DNA of 64,000 nucleotides, from the NCBI RefSeq assembly GCF_009914755.1, contig NC_060935.1. The stretch is one strand, 5' to 3'. Both the position numbers and the translations under genes were made by a program. This document shows positions 40,529 through 56,300 of the stretch, piece by piece (within the stretch, counting starts at the first letter, position 1; each line of letters opens with the position of its first letter). The DNA comes from the human T2T-CHM13v2.0 reference genome, Homo sapiens. The notes below the pieces were generated by a model that was not told where the DNA came from, ran no database searches, and saw only the letters and a program-made list of their open reading frames with translations.

Positions 40529-40645
40529 TATATGTATATATATATACATAAAATATATATTATATATAAAAATATATATAAAATATATTATATAAATATA
40601 TATAATACATTATATAAAATATATATTATATATAAATATATATGT
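40529..40645. repeat. Interrupted (TA)n AT-rich microsatellite
   Basis: Read directly. Confidence 0.95.
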
Positions 40646-41471
40646 ATTTTTTTTTCTTTTTAAACTTTTAGGTTCAGGGGAGCATGTGCAGGTTTGTTAT
40701 ATAGGTAAACTTGTGTCATGTGTGTTTGATGTACGGATTATTTTGTCACTCAGGGACTAAGCCTAGTGCCCAATAGTTATTTTTTCTGCTCTTCTCCCTC
40801 CTCTCATCCTCCACCATCTGGTAGGTCCCAGTGTCTGTTGTTCCCCTCTTTGTGTCCATGTGTTCTCATCATTTAGCTTCCACTTATAAGTGAGAATGTG
40901 TGGTATTTGGTTTTCTGTTCCTGCATTATTTATTAAGGATGATGGCCTCCAGCCCCATCCATGTTCCTGCAAAGGACATGACATCATTCTTTTTTTATGG
41001 CTGCATAGTATTCCATGGTACATATGTAGCATATTTTTAAAAAATCGAGTCTTCCCATTGATGAACATTTAGGTTGATTCCATGTCTTTGCCCTTGTGAA
41101 TAGTGTTACAGTGAACATATACATGCATGTGTCTTTATGATAAAACAATGTATATTTCTTTGGATATATACCCAGTAATGGGATTGCTGGGTCCAATGGT
41201 AGTTCTGTTTTTAGCTCTTTGAGGAGTCACCACACTGCTTTCCACAGTGGCTGAACTAATTTACATTCCCACCAACAGTGTATCAGCCTCCCCTTTTCTC
41301 TGCAACCTCATCAGCATCTGTTATTTTTTGACTTTTAATAATAGCCACTCTGACTGGTGTGAGATGGTATCTCATGGTTTTGATTTGCATTTCTGTAATG
41401 ATCAGTGATAACCTTTTTTTCATGTGCTTGTTGGCCACACGTATGTCTTTTGAAGAGTGTCTGTTCATGTG
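40646..41471 (-). mobile_element. 5'-truncated L1 (old L1PA-like) 3' end
   Basis: ORF2 relics on the - strand (DPAIPLLGIYPK; [13 protein letters not shown]), L1 3' UTR, TSD TAAAGGRATTAT at 40520-40531 and 41472-41483. Confidence 0.92.
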
Positions 41472-42474
41472 TAAAGGAATTATTTTAAATGTCCTAACTG
41501 GTTCTGGATCCAGCTGCTTAAAAATATATATCTTGCCTAATACTTAAGCACCTTATATTAAGAATATATATTTGGAGAAGTACTGAGTCAGTGGAGGCTT
41601 TTAGGATAGTCAGTACTTATGTGGCCTACTTAAGGAAGAATGTCACTTCTTTTGGTTGGCTTGGTATGTAGTTAAGAGTGGTTTGGAGGAAGAACAACTT
41701 AATATTAGTGTGCTGCTTCTGTAGCTTTGCCATAGATGTTCTTTGGGACCTTGTCTTAGTCACTTGTAGGACAAAGATAGAATAGATATTTGGAGGATGT
41801 ATGTTACACATTTATAAGTTTGTCAAATGAAACCTTGAGCTTTTTGGCAGACCAGGCTGTTCTCAGTTGATACTTGGAACATATGTTACTAAACAAAGGC
41901 AGCATATTGTCTGGATTCTGAGACACCACTGTTATGCCAGGGACCTAGAGCCTCTGTTCTTACTGTGTGGAAATTAAAACAACTGGATGAATATTGTCAA
42001 TATGTATTGTATTTTTAGGACAGCATTTGTGGTTTGGAGACAGTTAAGTTATTAAGCAGATTTATTTTGTCTTTTATATTTGGCAGTTAATGCCAAGTTA
42101 GTACTTGAGAAGGCTCTTTTCAACAGAAAGTCCTTGAAATGGAGCAAACTGAGGACCATATTTTTGACCTTAAATGTATTTTGTTACTTTAAACTAATTT
42201 CTCTAATTTTTATATTTGATCTTTTCTCTTTTTATATTTATTTTTTCTATTTTTGTATTTATTTTTTTCATTTACAGACAGGGTTTTGCTCCATGGCCTG
42301 GGCTGGAGTATAGTGGTATGATCATAGCTCACTGCAGCCTCAACCTCCTGAGCTCAGGAGATCCTTCTGCCTCAGTCTCCAAATAGCTGAGACTACAGGA
42401 GGTATCGCCACCATGTCTGCTAACTTTTTCATTTCTTTTTCTGTCTTTCTAACATGGTCTTGCTGACACCTTGA

Positions 42475-42630
<156 letters not shown>

Positions 42631-43816
42631 TAATGAGACCTTTCCCATTCTGTAGGAGACTGAGTGGGAGAGTGGGTGGTGAGGCAGGGGAGACTGGACA
42701 GTAGAAGGGAGAAGAGCTTGGTTTAATTGGATTTGAGAGACTGAAATCTGCTTTAATTAATTAATTAATTTTTGAGACAGGGCCTCGCTCTGTCACCAGG
42801 CTGGAGTGCAGTGGTGCGATCTTGGCTCACTACAACCTCCGCCTCCGGGGTTCAAGTGATTCTCATGTCTCAGCCTCCTGAGTAGCTGGGATTGCAGGTG
42901 CCTGCCACCACACCTGGCTAATTTTTGTATTTTTAGTAGAGATGGGATGTTGCCATGTTGTCCAGGGTGGTCTCAAACTCCTGGCCTCAAGTGATCTGCC
43001 CACCTTGGCCTCCCAAAGTGCTGGGATTACAGTAAGCCACCGCGCCTGGCTGCTATGATTTTAAATGTCCAAGTTGCTGGAGCCCAGAGTTCACTTAGTG
43101 AAAAATTGTAATAGCTTGAGGGAAAGATTAAGTCAGTAGCCTGCTAAGTGATCAGTCTTGTGAAATAATAGCATCTCTGTTTATCATCCTTGACCTCAGT
43201 TTTTAAAATCCCTCCCCCAACCCCTTCCTCTTTCTGTCTTTTGTTTCTTCAATCTGAGAGACTTTTCCTTAAGGTGGAGTTTGGGGAAGATAAGCTTTTT
43301 CTACAATTAAAACAAAAAAAAGTCTTATGTTCCAGGACTAATCTGAAGCTGCAAGTGTGAAGACTATAGAACATAATATTGCTGTTAAAATGAGTTTGAG
43401 TTATAGGATATATCCTTTTAGTTTCTGGAGATCTTAAAAAATAAAACTAAGATACATCATGTATGAATTAAAACTCAGACTTCTGATATCTATGTCTGTC
43501 ACACAGTCCTTTTCACCTTCTTCTGAGATAAATATCTCTTAAAGACTAGATTTCTAGGTACACTTTTACCTTGCATTTTCTTCGCTGCTAACCTTGTCTT
43601 TTTTTTTTTTAAACAAAAAGGTCACACTTAAAGTGGATATTTAGAGAAGCATAATAAAGGAAAATGTAGTATTTGCTCATTTGAGCTGTACTTCTAAGTT
43701 GTGAAAGACTTATTCTTTCATATAATTCTTGATCATGTTGAACGCAAAGGATTGCCAAGGCTGGTGAGATAGAATTTCTTTTTATTTTGAGTAATTGTTT
43801 ATGCTGGAACACCTTT

Positions 43817-43884
43817 TCCCATCCAAGTACTGATGAGGTCTGACCCTGCTTAGCCTCCAAGATCAGGCAAGTTCCAAGATCAGA
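43817..43884 (-). pseudogene. Internal 5S rRNA fragment (pseudogene)
   Basis: TCCCATCCAAGTACTGATGAGGTCTGACCCTGCTTAGCCTCCAAGATCAG matches the reverse complement of 5S rRNA (TCCCATCCAAGTACTAACCAGGCCCGACCCTGCTTAGCTTCCGAGATCAG). Confidence 0.88.
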
Positions 43885-44921
43885 AACTTTTCCATTTCTA
43901 ATCTAGTTGGAAAAAAAAGTTTAGATTTGATAGGCATTGAAATCAATAGAGTATGAGGCGAGCTCCTCACCCTAAACATTTTGTAGCTTTTATAAATTAT
44001 ATTTGATTTAATATGGATTACCAAGAAAATTGTCTTAAGGATGCTAGAAAATAAAAACTTGGCTGTATTTGGCTAGACAGTTATTTTACTGTGGAAATTT
44101 TAAAAAGTATTTGATTTGCTAAAAACAAAAAATGTTTATTTCAAATTCTTTAACTTCCCCCTACTTGGTTGTATATTATTTATAAGCATACAAAATATTT
44201 TAGAGTTTTTAAAAACAAAATAGTGAACTTGAAAACATTTGCAGGATATAACTTTGCTTATTAAATATTTCCTACCCTATAAATTGGCATATAAAGGCCT
44301 AAAAGTGCCAATTTTAAAATCTGTTTCAACTTTTTAAAAGCATATTTCAATTACATGTTATCTCTTTAATAATACAGAGAGTCTGGTAGGTTTGGTAAAC
44401 TATACAACTTTAGATATATAATGCTACAGTTTTAAATAGTTAATGAGATAGATTAGAGTGATAACATTGAAAACTGAACCTGACTTTCTAGACATTTCTT
44501 CCAAAGAATGACTTAAATTAATACTTCTGAAGGCTCTAGGTATGTAATTTATTACACTTTCTATTGAGTTTAAATAGGGTGTAGTGACATAAAATCACAA
44601 TGAAAATTACAGGTTATGCTGCTATATAACCTATAGCTATGATGCTGTGCTATATTCTCAAAGCCAAATAAGAATGTTTTGGGCCAACTTCTAATAAGAC
44701 ATTTTCAATGGAGACAGTAAGATGTCTCTGCAGTATATTGGTTGTAGTTTTGTATTTTAAAGTTAGGTAAGAATAATATTGGGTTCAAAAATAGTGGATT
44801 TGTAATCATTGTTTAATGTGCTTTAAATATTTTTTGTAGCTGATCACAGACTGTGGCCACAAAAAAGATAGAAATTTTATTATGACGGGTAATGATAAAA
44901 TATTTGTATGAAAACTATTTA

Positions 44922-45122
<201 letters not shown>

Positions 45123-45301
45123 TTACTTGAGCCCAGGAGGTCGAGGCTGCAGTGAGCTAAGATCGTACCACTGCAATCCAGCTTGAGTGATGGAGTGAGA
45201 CCTTGTCTCAAAAAAAAAAAAAAAAAAAAAGCAAAATGGGCCGGGCACGGTGGCTCACGCCTGTAATCCCAGTACTTGGGGAGGCCGAGGCGGGTGGGTC
45301 A

Positions 45302-45526
<225 letters not shown>

Positions 45527-45844
45527 TTATCTAGTATATATTTGAACGTCCACTAAGTGCAAGGTACTGTGCAGTGAACGAAGAGACTAACACGTGGTCC
45601 CAGCTTTGAGCAAGTATATGATAAGTGAAATTAGCTGAATACTGTAAATTTTCTTTTATATTTGTATATGTGCACCTAAGTTAGAAAAACACTGCTTAAG
45701 AAAAATGATTAACAATAGCACATTCAAACTTCTAGGCTGTTTACTTTATTAAATATGAAATATTTAAATAAATGATATTAAAATAGTAGCATTCATGTTA
45801 AAGTTGTGTGTTATTCACTGCTGTTCTTGCAGTGGGTAAAATCA

Positions 45845-45997
<153 letters not shown>

Positions 45998-46502
45998 TCA
46001 GGCATGGTGGTGCATGCTTGTGGTCCTAGCTATTGGAGAGGCTGAGGTGGGAGGATTGCCTGAGCCCAGGGAGGTCGATGCTGCAGTAAGTAAACCATGA
46101 TTGCGCCACTGCACTGTAGCCTTGGAGACAGAGTGAGACCTTATCTCAAAAACAAACAAACAAAAAACCAAAAAACCCTAATTTTTAACTTTATTCATTT
46201 TTTTTTAAACTTTGCCAAGTCCTGATGGAAAAAAATATTACCAGTTTTATCTTGTGACAAGTGTTTTCATTAAGGCTAATCAGTTTTATAGTTGAAGTAT
46301 CTTATAGAGATAAACTGTATGTTAATTTAAATAAAGGAAGGTCATATTTCTCAGATGTGGCTAGTAATACAGTTCTCTTGTTTTCTCGTGGTTTTTTCTT
46401 CTGGACCTGTACAGTTTTCACATTGCCTGAGGGAATTCTATTAGGCTTGCCCTTTCTAGCCATATTTCCTTTCTCCTAAATTTAGAATGTAGAGCCCTTT
46501 AA

Positions 46503-46712
<210 letters not shown>

Positions 46713-49700
46713 TAATTTTTGTATTTTTAGTAGAGACGGGGTTTCACCATGTTGGTCAGGCTGGTTTGGAACTCCTGACCTCAGGTGATCCGCCCACCTT
46801 TGCCTCCCAAAGTGCTGGGATTACAGGCGTGAGCCACTGTGCCCGGCGCACATTACAAGGTATTTTTAAGAATGTTGAACCTGCTAGCTGTAACTTACTT
46901 GAAACCACTACACAAAAGGAATATTATTATTATTATTATTATTTTTTTTGAGACGGAGTCTCGCTCTGTCCCCCAGGCTGGAGTGCAGTGGCGTGATCTC
47001 GGCTCACTGCAAGCTCTGCCTCCCAGGTTCACGCCCTTCTCCCGCCTTGGCCTCCTGAGTAGCTGGGACTAGGCTCCCGCCACCACGCCCAGCTAAAATC
47101 TTTTTGTATTTTTAGTAGAGATGGGGTTTCACTGTGTTAGCCCGGCTGGTCTCCATCTCCTGACCTCGTGATCCGCCCGCCTCGGCCTCCCAAAGTGCTG
47201 GGATTACAGGCATGAGCCACCGTACCCGGCCGGAATATTATTTTTGTATTTCATTTATGTAACTTAAAAGTGTTTAACTTGGAGTCCTTAAAAGCAGAGA
47301 TGTGAAAATGGCAAGTATTTTATTGTTTGGCTCCTAGTATAATTGTATATAATACAGTATTCTTGGCCAAGCTTGGTGGCTCAAACCTTTAATCCCAGTA
47401 TTTTGAGAGACTGAGGCCGGCAGACCACCTGAGCTCAGGAGTTCAAGACCAGCCGGACCAACATGGTGAAACCCCATCTCTACTAAAAATACAAAAATCA
47501 GACGGGTGTGGTGGTGGGCGCCTGTAATCTCAGCTGCTCCGGAGCCTGAGGCAGGAGAATTGCTTGAACCCAGGAGGCGGATGTTACAGTGAGCCAAGAT
47601 GGTGCCACTGCACTCCAGCTTGGGAGATGAGTGAAACTCCATCTCAAAAACAAATAAGCAAACAAACAAAAAACAGTATTCTTAATTAAATTTGACAATT
47701 TGGCAACATTTTGATATTTTATACATGTGTATTTAAAATTGAATTCTGGGCCGGGTGTAGTGGCTCAAGCCTGTAATCCTAGCACTTTAGGAGGCTGAAG
47801 TGGGAGGATTGCTTGAAGCCAGGAGTTCAAGACCAGCCTGGGTATATAGTGAGACACCATCTCTATAAAAAATACAATTACCTGAGTGAGGTGGTGCATA
47901 CCTGTAGTCCTAGCCACTCGGGAGACTGAGACAGAAAGATCATTTGAACCTAGGAGTTAGAGGCTGCAGTGAGCTAGAATTGCACCACTGCATTGCACCT
48001 TGGACAACAGAGTAAGACTCCGTCACCAAAAAAAAAAAAAAAAAAAAAAAATTAAAAAAAGAATCTTGTATGAAAAGGTGTTTGGTATGATGACATGATT
48101 AATTGCCAGTAGCCTTGAACAGAAAATTTTCGGGAGTGTTTGCCTTATGAGTTGCCTTCTCTAAGCCTAGTGTGGCATTTCTGAAACTATTTCTAGTGGC
48201 CACTCTATAATTTCTCCTTAAAGTATCTCAAAATCTGAAATCTCCTTAAAGTATCTTACATCTGAAGGTCTATCTAGCTTGAAATGATTTTGCATTAATT
48301 CTATTGGAAGAAAATGAAATACCTCAACTTCCTAACCTATTAGAAGTTAATATATAACATTTTTGGGAATGTTATACTTTCATTTAAAAATATGAAATCG
48401 TATCTGAACTGTTCCTTAAGTTTAGGGACCATGCTCTTACCTGTTTTTATGTTCCCTAAAGTGTATAATAGATGTTGGAAAACAAATATATTACTATTAT
48501 AAAAGGAGTCAAATACAGACATATGATACTCAACTTACATACCTTAATCAACGTGTAGCATCTTTATTGCATAGCTTGGCAGGTACCTGACCAAGCAGTT
48601 GTGAACATGTCATCGACAAACTTAGCTTCTCAAAACCCTCCTTTATTCCTGCCTCTTTTTTTACTTCTAACAGATGAGTCGCTTTCCTTGATAAAGGTCA
48701 GTAGGTATGACCTTCTCCCAGATTTCCAACCCTTTACCTCTGGACTTAATTCCAACAGTACACACTTTGGGATTTCACTCCTCTCTCAAGGAAAGAAACA
48801 TCTCTTCATTCCCCCAAGATTACTCACTATTTTCCATGTGGGCTTCATCCAGAATTGTGTTTTTCAACATCTGGAGCTTGTCCAAAAACTTAAAGTTCTG
48901 TTTTTTTTCCTGCTTTTTTTTTGACAGGTAAAATTATATATATTTATTGTGTACAACATTGACTCTTTTTCCTTCAGCTTTTTAACATGCCCAAGTATCT
49001 GAGATCTTAAGCAACCATCTTTTAATTGTGCCTCTTCAAGTCTAGGGTCCTCTGTTTCTTTTTCTGTTTCTTCTAAACTTCTTAAATGTGTTCTCTGGCC
49101 TCTACTTGGATTTCTGTTCACTTCATAGCCTTTGGCAGTATAGTTCTGTCTATGCCACTTTAATGAGATTGCTCCTACTAAGCTCCCCTGTATTTTTTTT
49201 TATTTATAGTTTATGTATTCCTTCAGATAATTGTTTACAGTGTCCCCTACTCAGTTCTTAGCTTTCAACCCATATTTTGAACCTCCTATTCATTTCCATA
49301 TTTTTCCCTTACAGGTACCTCAGAATTACCTTATTTCTAAATCCTTTGCCTAGATTCCCTATCTAGCATCCTCATTTCTATTGCCCTGTGTGTGTGTGTG
49401 TATACCTGTATATGGTTTTTTATTATTTTTTTAAGACAGTTTCGCTTTCGTTGCCCAAGCTGGAGTACAGTGGCGTGACCTTGGCTCACTGCAACCTCTG
49501 AATCTCAGGTGAAAGTGATTCCTCTGCCTCAGCTTCCCGAGTAGCTGGGATTACAGGCACATGCCATGACGCCTGGCTAATTTTTTGTATTTGCAGTAGA
49601 AATGGGGTTTCACCATGTTAGCCAGGCCGGTCTCAAACTCCTGACCCTCAGGTGATCCACCTGCCTCATCCTCCTGAAGTGCTGGGATTACAGGCGTGAG

Positions 49701-49735
49701 CCACCATGCCTGGCCTGCCTTTTGTTTATGTTTGA

Positions 49736-49927
<192 letters not shown>

Positions 49928-51728
49928 TGAAAACTTACAGTAAAAATAAGATATTAAAAAGAAAGAATGTGTAACAACTGTATGAAACTGCTTATTACAA
50001 CTTTATATGAACAGTGAAAAAAATTGGAAAAAAAGCAGTCCAGCAAATTATGATATGCACATAGGATAGAACATTACGCTGCTATTTAAAATAATAATAG
50101 TTGATTAGAGTCTGGGTGTGGTAGCTCATGCCTATAATCCCAGCACTTTAGGAGGCTGAGGTAGGTGGATCACTTTTGCACAGGAGTGCAAGACCAGCCT
50201 GGGCAACATGGTGAAACCCTGTCTCTAATTAAAAAAAGAATAAAAAATGTGATAAGAAAAAGAATAAGAGGAAACATTGTTATATCCAGTTATCATGTAT
50301 TTTAATTTTAAGCATATGATAAAACATTTAACTGACTTGAAGGAATTAGGTTCTTTTCCCTGAATATTTTGTAATTTTATAGTAATTGAATAACTTCAAA
50401 ATGATTGCTATACTGAAATTTAACCTCTTGTTAATGTGAATGATATATCTTTTCATGATTTTATGGCAAAATACTTTAAGTTTTATATTAGTCTAGTATA
50501 CCAATTCCTAGCAGTATGATTCCAGGTAAATGATACTGCCTTAGTGGTAATTTTTATTCACTCAAATTGCAAGGTTCTATGAATAAATAGCATTCTAAGT
50601 GTTTGTTAATATGATAAATAATGATATAAATGTTTTGGCGTATTTCATCATGTATAGTGAATATGCAATCATTATTTTCATATCTGAGATTCTATCTAGT
50701 TTCTTGTGCAAATGCCTAAAAAATGGTGGCTGGGTGTGGTGACTCACGACTGTAATCTCAGCACTTTGAGAGGCCAAGGTGGGCACATTGCTTGAGCCCA
50801 AGAGTTTGAGACCAGCCATGGTGAGACCTCATCCTAACAAAAATACAAAAAATTAACCGGGTGTGGTGGCATGAGCCTGTAATCACAGCTACCAGGGAGG
50901 TTGAAGTGAAAGGATCACTTGAGCCCTGGTGGTCTAGGATGCAGTGAGGCATGATTGTGCCACTGCATTCCAGCCTGGGCAACAGAGCAAGACCCTGTCT
51001 CAAAATAAATAAATAAATAAAGTCAATTTTAGTTACTATTTGAGAATAGATTTCTAATCAGTAAACTGTAACTACTTTGCAGCCATTTTCAGTCTAATGA
51101 GGAAGCACATTTTTATTTATGGGATCAATGGCTACTTAATTTTAAACTTAAAATGTGTTAGCTGTTAGTTACATATGCAACTTAAATTTAAACTTTCTTA
51201 ATATCTTTCTTTTTTATACATTGATGGTGTATTTAAAAAAATCTCTTCAGCCAGATAATTATGAAGAAAACTATTTTTATCATTATCATTATAGTTCTGA
51301 TATGTATGGTTTTTAGTATCATGCATTGATAGTGTGACTTTTTACACTAACATAAAGAAAAAATCTGTTTTTCTATGACACTTTCAGTGGAAGAAAAATA
51401 AATATGTAGCCTTGCTAAGTCTATCTAAATTTGTGGTTTTAATGCACAGCTTATAAGCAACTCAAAAAATGTGTCACTTAAAGTTAATGATTAGATGTAG
51501 TTAGGGCCAGATAGAAGCAGTTGTAATAGATTTTTAAGAATTCAATGTCGTGGCCGGGTGCAGTGGCTCACGCCTGTAATCCCAGCACTTTGGGAGGCCG
51601 AGGCAGGTGGATCACTTGAGATCAGGAGTTAGAGACCAGCCTGGCCAACATGGTGAAACCCCATCTCTACTAAAAATTCGAAAGATTAGCTGGGCGTGGT
51701 GGCAGGTGCCTGTAATCCCAGCTACTCA

Positions 51729-51857
<129 letters not shown>

Positions 51858-52029
51858 TCAATGTCGTTTCTTTGTGGGTACTGTCTTGAGAAGCTGCTTG
51901 TTTTCTTAACTCTTTAGATGTTTGTAAATTACATTGCTGTTCTTTAGTTTTTCTGGCTTTCCTAAGGAGACCTGTTGCAAGTTTCTGCTGTATCACCTTC
52001 CTCAAAGTTGTCATAAGAATGAGAGAGAT

Positions 52030-52335
52030 CTTTCTCCTTTCCTTTTTCCTTTTTTCTTTCCTTTTTCCTTTTTTCCTTTCCCTTCCCTTCCCTTTTCCTT
52101 TTTCCTTTATTCTTTTTTCTTTCTTTTTGATGAAGTCTCATTCTGTTGCCGAGGCTGAAGTGCAGTGGTGCAATCTCGGCCTTTCCTCCTTCTCTCCCTC
52201 CCTCCCTCCTCCCTCCCACCCTTCCTCCTCCCTCCCACCCTCCCTCCCTTCCTCCTTCCTCCCTCCCTCCTTCCTTCCTTCCCTCCCTCCCTCCCTCTTT
52301 CTTCCTCCCCTCCCCTCCCGTTCCCTCCTGTCCCC
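52030..52335. repeat. Polypyrimidine tracts: CT/T-rich 52030-52128 and (CCTC/CCTT)n ~52180-52335
   Basis: Read directly. Confidence 0.92.
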
Positions 52336-52792
52336 TGTCGAGATGAGGTCTTGCTTTGTCACCCAGGCTAGAGTGCAGTGGTAGGCACTATCACAGCCAA
52401 GCAACCTCAAACTCCTGGGCTCAAGGCATCCTCCCAAGTAGCTGGGACTATAGGTGTGTGTCACCGTGCCTGGCTAATTTTTTTTTTTAAATAGAGATGG
52501 GGTCTTGCCATCTTGCCCAGGATGATCTTAAACTCTTGGGCTCAAATGATCCTCCTGCCTACGCCTCCCTATTGTTTCCGACTTGATACCAGAGAGTTTC
52601 CTGAAGCCATTGTAAAGGGCCATCCTCAGTTGACAAGATATAAGTGACAGTTAAACTTTGAAAATTAAAAAGAGTATTTCCACATTAGAAAGGCTTTGGG
52701 CTGGGTGCGGTGGCTTACGCCTGTAATCCCAGCACTTTGGGAGGCCGAGGCGGGCAGATCACGAGGTCAGGAGATCAAGACCATCCTGGCTA

Positions 52793-53059
<267 letters not shown>

Positions 53060-53266
53060 TTATATAAAGTGGAATGTCTGGCAACTACAGCCTGAGTAGA
53101 AAGAAAACATAATTGTAGAAATTAAAAAAATACTTTGAATTTAGCAGTATAAGGCATATTAGGACCCTATAGGATCTTAATAGAATTTGGAAAATAGAAA
53201 CAGTTGACTTTTCTATTCAACTTATTTTTTCCAGGCCCCACAATGTCTTTCATAAAGATTTTTAAA

Positions 53267-53336
53267 AACTGAAAGTACTATACTCAAGCTTATGCAGCTG
53301 TAAATAACTGAAAGTACTATACTCAAGCTTATGCAG
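53267..53336. repeat. Perfect 31-bp direct repeat with 8-bp spacer
   Basis: AACTGAAAGTACTATACTCAAGCTTATGCAG at 53267-53297 and 53306-53336. Confidence 0.95.
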
Positions 53337-56300
53337 TTAAATATTTATCTTTTCAGCTCTTACAACTGAAAAACTGTTATGTGTCTGGCAAAGGAGATGG
53401 TAGCCACTGTTCTCATTCTGTTGGTTTTTAGAATTTTCATTCTTGTGTGATTTACATTACTGTAGAGTGATAGTTCTCTTTCAGGTGTGAATATAGTGAT
53501 GAGAATCTTAAGGTTGTTTAAGGTAAACCATACTTTTGAAAAGTTTTATAGAACCTGACCTTTGGTTCTCTGCATGTTCATTTAGAGCTTTGAATCATTA
53601 TCTCATACAAAAATCTTATTTGTTGGCAGATTTTTTCCTTTTTATTGCTGTCAGCAGTGGGCATTCGGTCAAATTATTAATCTAGGATTCCAGTTTACCT
53701 GTTGAGTTGTTTTAAAGGGAGATGATGTCAGGTGATCTTGTAGGAATCATTTGACCTTTGCCTTCTTAATCTTTAATATTTTGTATTTATCTTTGTCTGA
53801 AAGTTACATAGATTTTCATAAGAAATAAAAGTTTTGTGGTGGTTCTTTTGAGACAGATTTTCCTATAAAGTAGAAAGCAATACATTTGGCTTTCTATTAA
53901 GGGAGTTGTTCATAACCCAAACTTAAAAAACTGTTTACTCTTTCTAATAGCTCATTGGTAGATATTGGGCGTTGTATGAAGAATTTAAGTAAAAATTTTT
54001 CTTTAGTACTTAAGTTATATAAGCTGAATTTGAGTTATTAATCTTAAGTTTACATCAAGAAAGAGGGAACTTCAGGTAAACTTTTTGTCTTTAGTCAACC
54101 TTTCTGTCAGGGTTTCCATTTCTGATTTTTTATTTTATATAGCTTTTAAAAATCTAGAGAATTATCTGCTTAGTAAGAGTAATCCTTGTGTAATTTTTTT
54201 GAATTAATTAGCTCTTTTCTAGCCTTGTTAAAGATTTGTACTGGCAGGGTGATTTCTAGCAGCTTTGAAATGTCCAACAGGTCATTTTCTGTTCCAAATG
54301 TTGGAACATTTTGCTAAGTCAGATGAAGCTTGTTATTTAACATGCTGATTTGTGTTATAGTCAACACATTCTCTAGATGCTTTGTTCACAATACTGCTGG
54401 AAAATACCCAAGACTTTAGTATTTTCAAAATAAATGTTCTGTAGGCACCTCAGACAGCAGGTTTAGTTTATTAAGTTTTACAATGTATGGTGGTTGTTTC
54501 TTATATGAAATGGTAGACACAATTTTTTTTTTTTGAGATGGAGTCTTGCTCTGTCACCCAGGCTGGAATGCAGTGGCGTGATCTTGAGTCACTGCAGCCT
54601 CCGCCTCTCGAGCTCAAGTGATTCTCCTGCCTCAGCCTCCTGAGTAGCTGGGATTGCAGGTGCGTGCCACCATGCCTAGCTAATTTTTGTATTTTTAGTA
54701 GAGGTGGGGTTTCAACATACTGGTCAGGTGGGTCTTGAACTCCTGACCTCGTGATCCGCCCGCCTCAGCCTCCCAAAGTGCTGGGATTACAGGTGTAAGC
54801 CACTGTGCCCAGCCAATGAAATGGTTTAGTATTATTTCCTGGATTGAATGCTGGTAAAAATAATCTTCTAAAATAATAGAGGTATTTAAAATATTGACAC
54901 CTAGTTAACCAATGAAGAATTAAACTCATTTACTGTTCATACTACCAACTTATTGTCTAGTGTCTCCTGCCTTTTTTTTTTAAATGGCATGTTGTTTTGT
55001 CTTTTATAAATATGCACTTTAAACAAGGTAATTGAGAAATGAAATAAACTGACTAGAAACTCCTTTTTACTGGCTACATATTGTTATATAGTTCTATTTT
55101 GTAATTTCTATTTATAGAGCCTTGCATAGACTGGCACTATGGTTCTGTCCTTTGAAGAATGAAAAGCCCTTTTAATTGTCAGAATTTATTGGATCATATA
55201 GTGAAGTTCTACTTTTAGTCTTTATTGATTGAAGAAGTTATATAATGACCAACAGCTTTAAAAACTGTTATGAATTAAGTAATACTTTTAAATGAAGAAA
55301 TTTGCCCTCACTGCTTATGATTACTTTTAAAATTAGTGCTGGCAGATGATCCTAGGGACTCTTCATATGCCTGGCAATTCTAGACTTTGGGTGCTCTGGG
55401 CTACGCCTACCATATTTGGCTGTTCATCCACAAGTTAGTGACCCTTGAAGAAGAGTCTTGTTCAAGAAAGACATTGTTTTATACCTGTCACTCGTTCTTG
55501 TTTTCTGTTTAACTTATCCTTTGACAAATATTCAGACCTACAGAAAAGCTGCAAGAATAATACAAAGAATTCCTGTGTATTTTTCACCTAGATTATTCAA
55601 ATGTTAACATTTTACTGCATTTGCTTTTACCTTTTTTTCTCTGTATCTATATTATGTTTTTATCTGAATTTTTTGAGAGTAAGTTGCAGGCATGTCCCTT
55701 TAACTCTAACTAATTGCATAAAGTAAAGACTGTTCAGTTGTTGTATCTCTTTAGTTTAATCTGTGATCTGAAAACTTCCTCAGTCTTTATGTTGATTTGA
55801 CATTGACCTTTTGAAGAATACTGCCATTATTTTATAGACTCTTCCTCAATTTGGATTTGTTTTCATATTTTTGAGACAGGGCCTATGAATAAATAATATT
55901 TTAAGTGTTAATATGGTAAATAATGTTATGAAATAACTTTTGGATATTCATTATATATAGTTGATATACAATCACGTTCATATCTGAGATAGATTCTAGC
56001 TAGTTTCTTGGGGTACGTGGCAAATATTTTAGGCTTGTACGGACTGAACAGGTGACTGCTTCACTTTGGTGTGGTTACCAAATTGGTATGGTTACCAACT
56101 GAATGAAATAAGGTATGGCTGATTGGTTATGTTAATAAAATATATCTAAAATGATCGTATTTTTGTAATTTTATTTTATTTTATTATTCTTATTTTTTTT
56201 GAGATAGAGTCTCACTCTGTTGCCCAGGCTGGAGTGCAGTGGCATGATCTTGGCTCACAGCAACCCCTGCCTTCCGGATTCAAGTGATTCCCATGCCTCA

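Noticed and set aside
51934-52464. Pro/Ser- and Gly/Arg/Glu-rich ORFs
   Set aside because: Translations of the low-complexity CT tract
53267-53336. CRISPR-like repeat-spacer-repeat appearance
   Set aside because: Only two units, an 8-bp spacer, eukaryotic context and no cas genes
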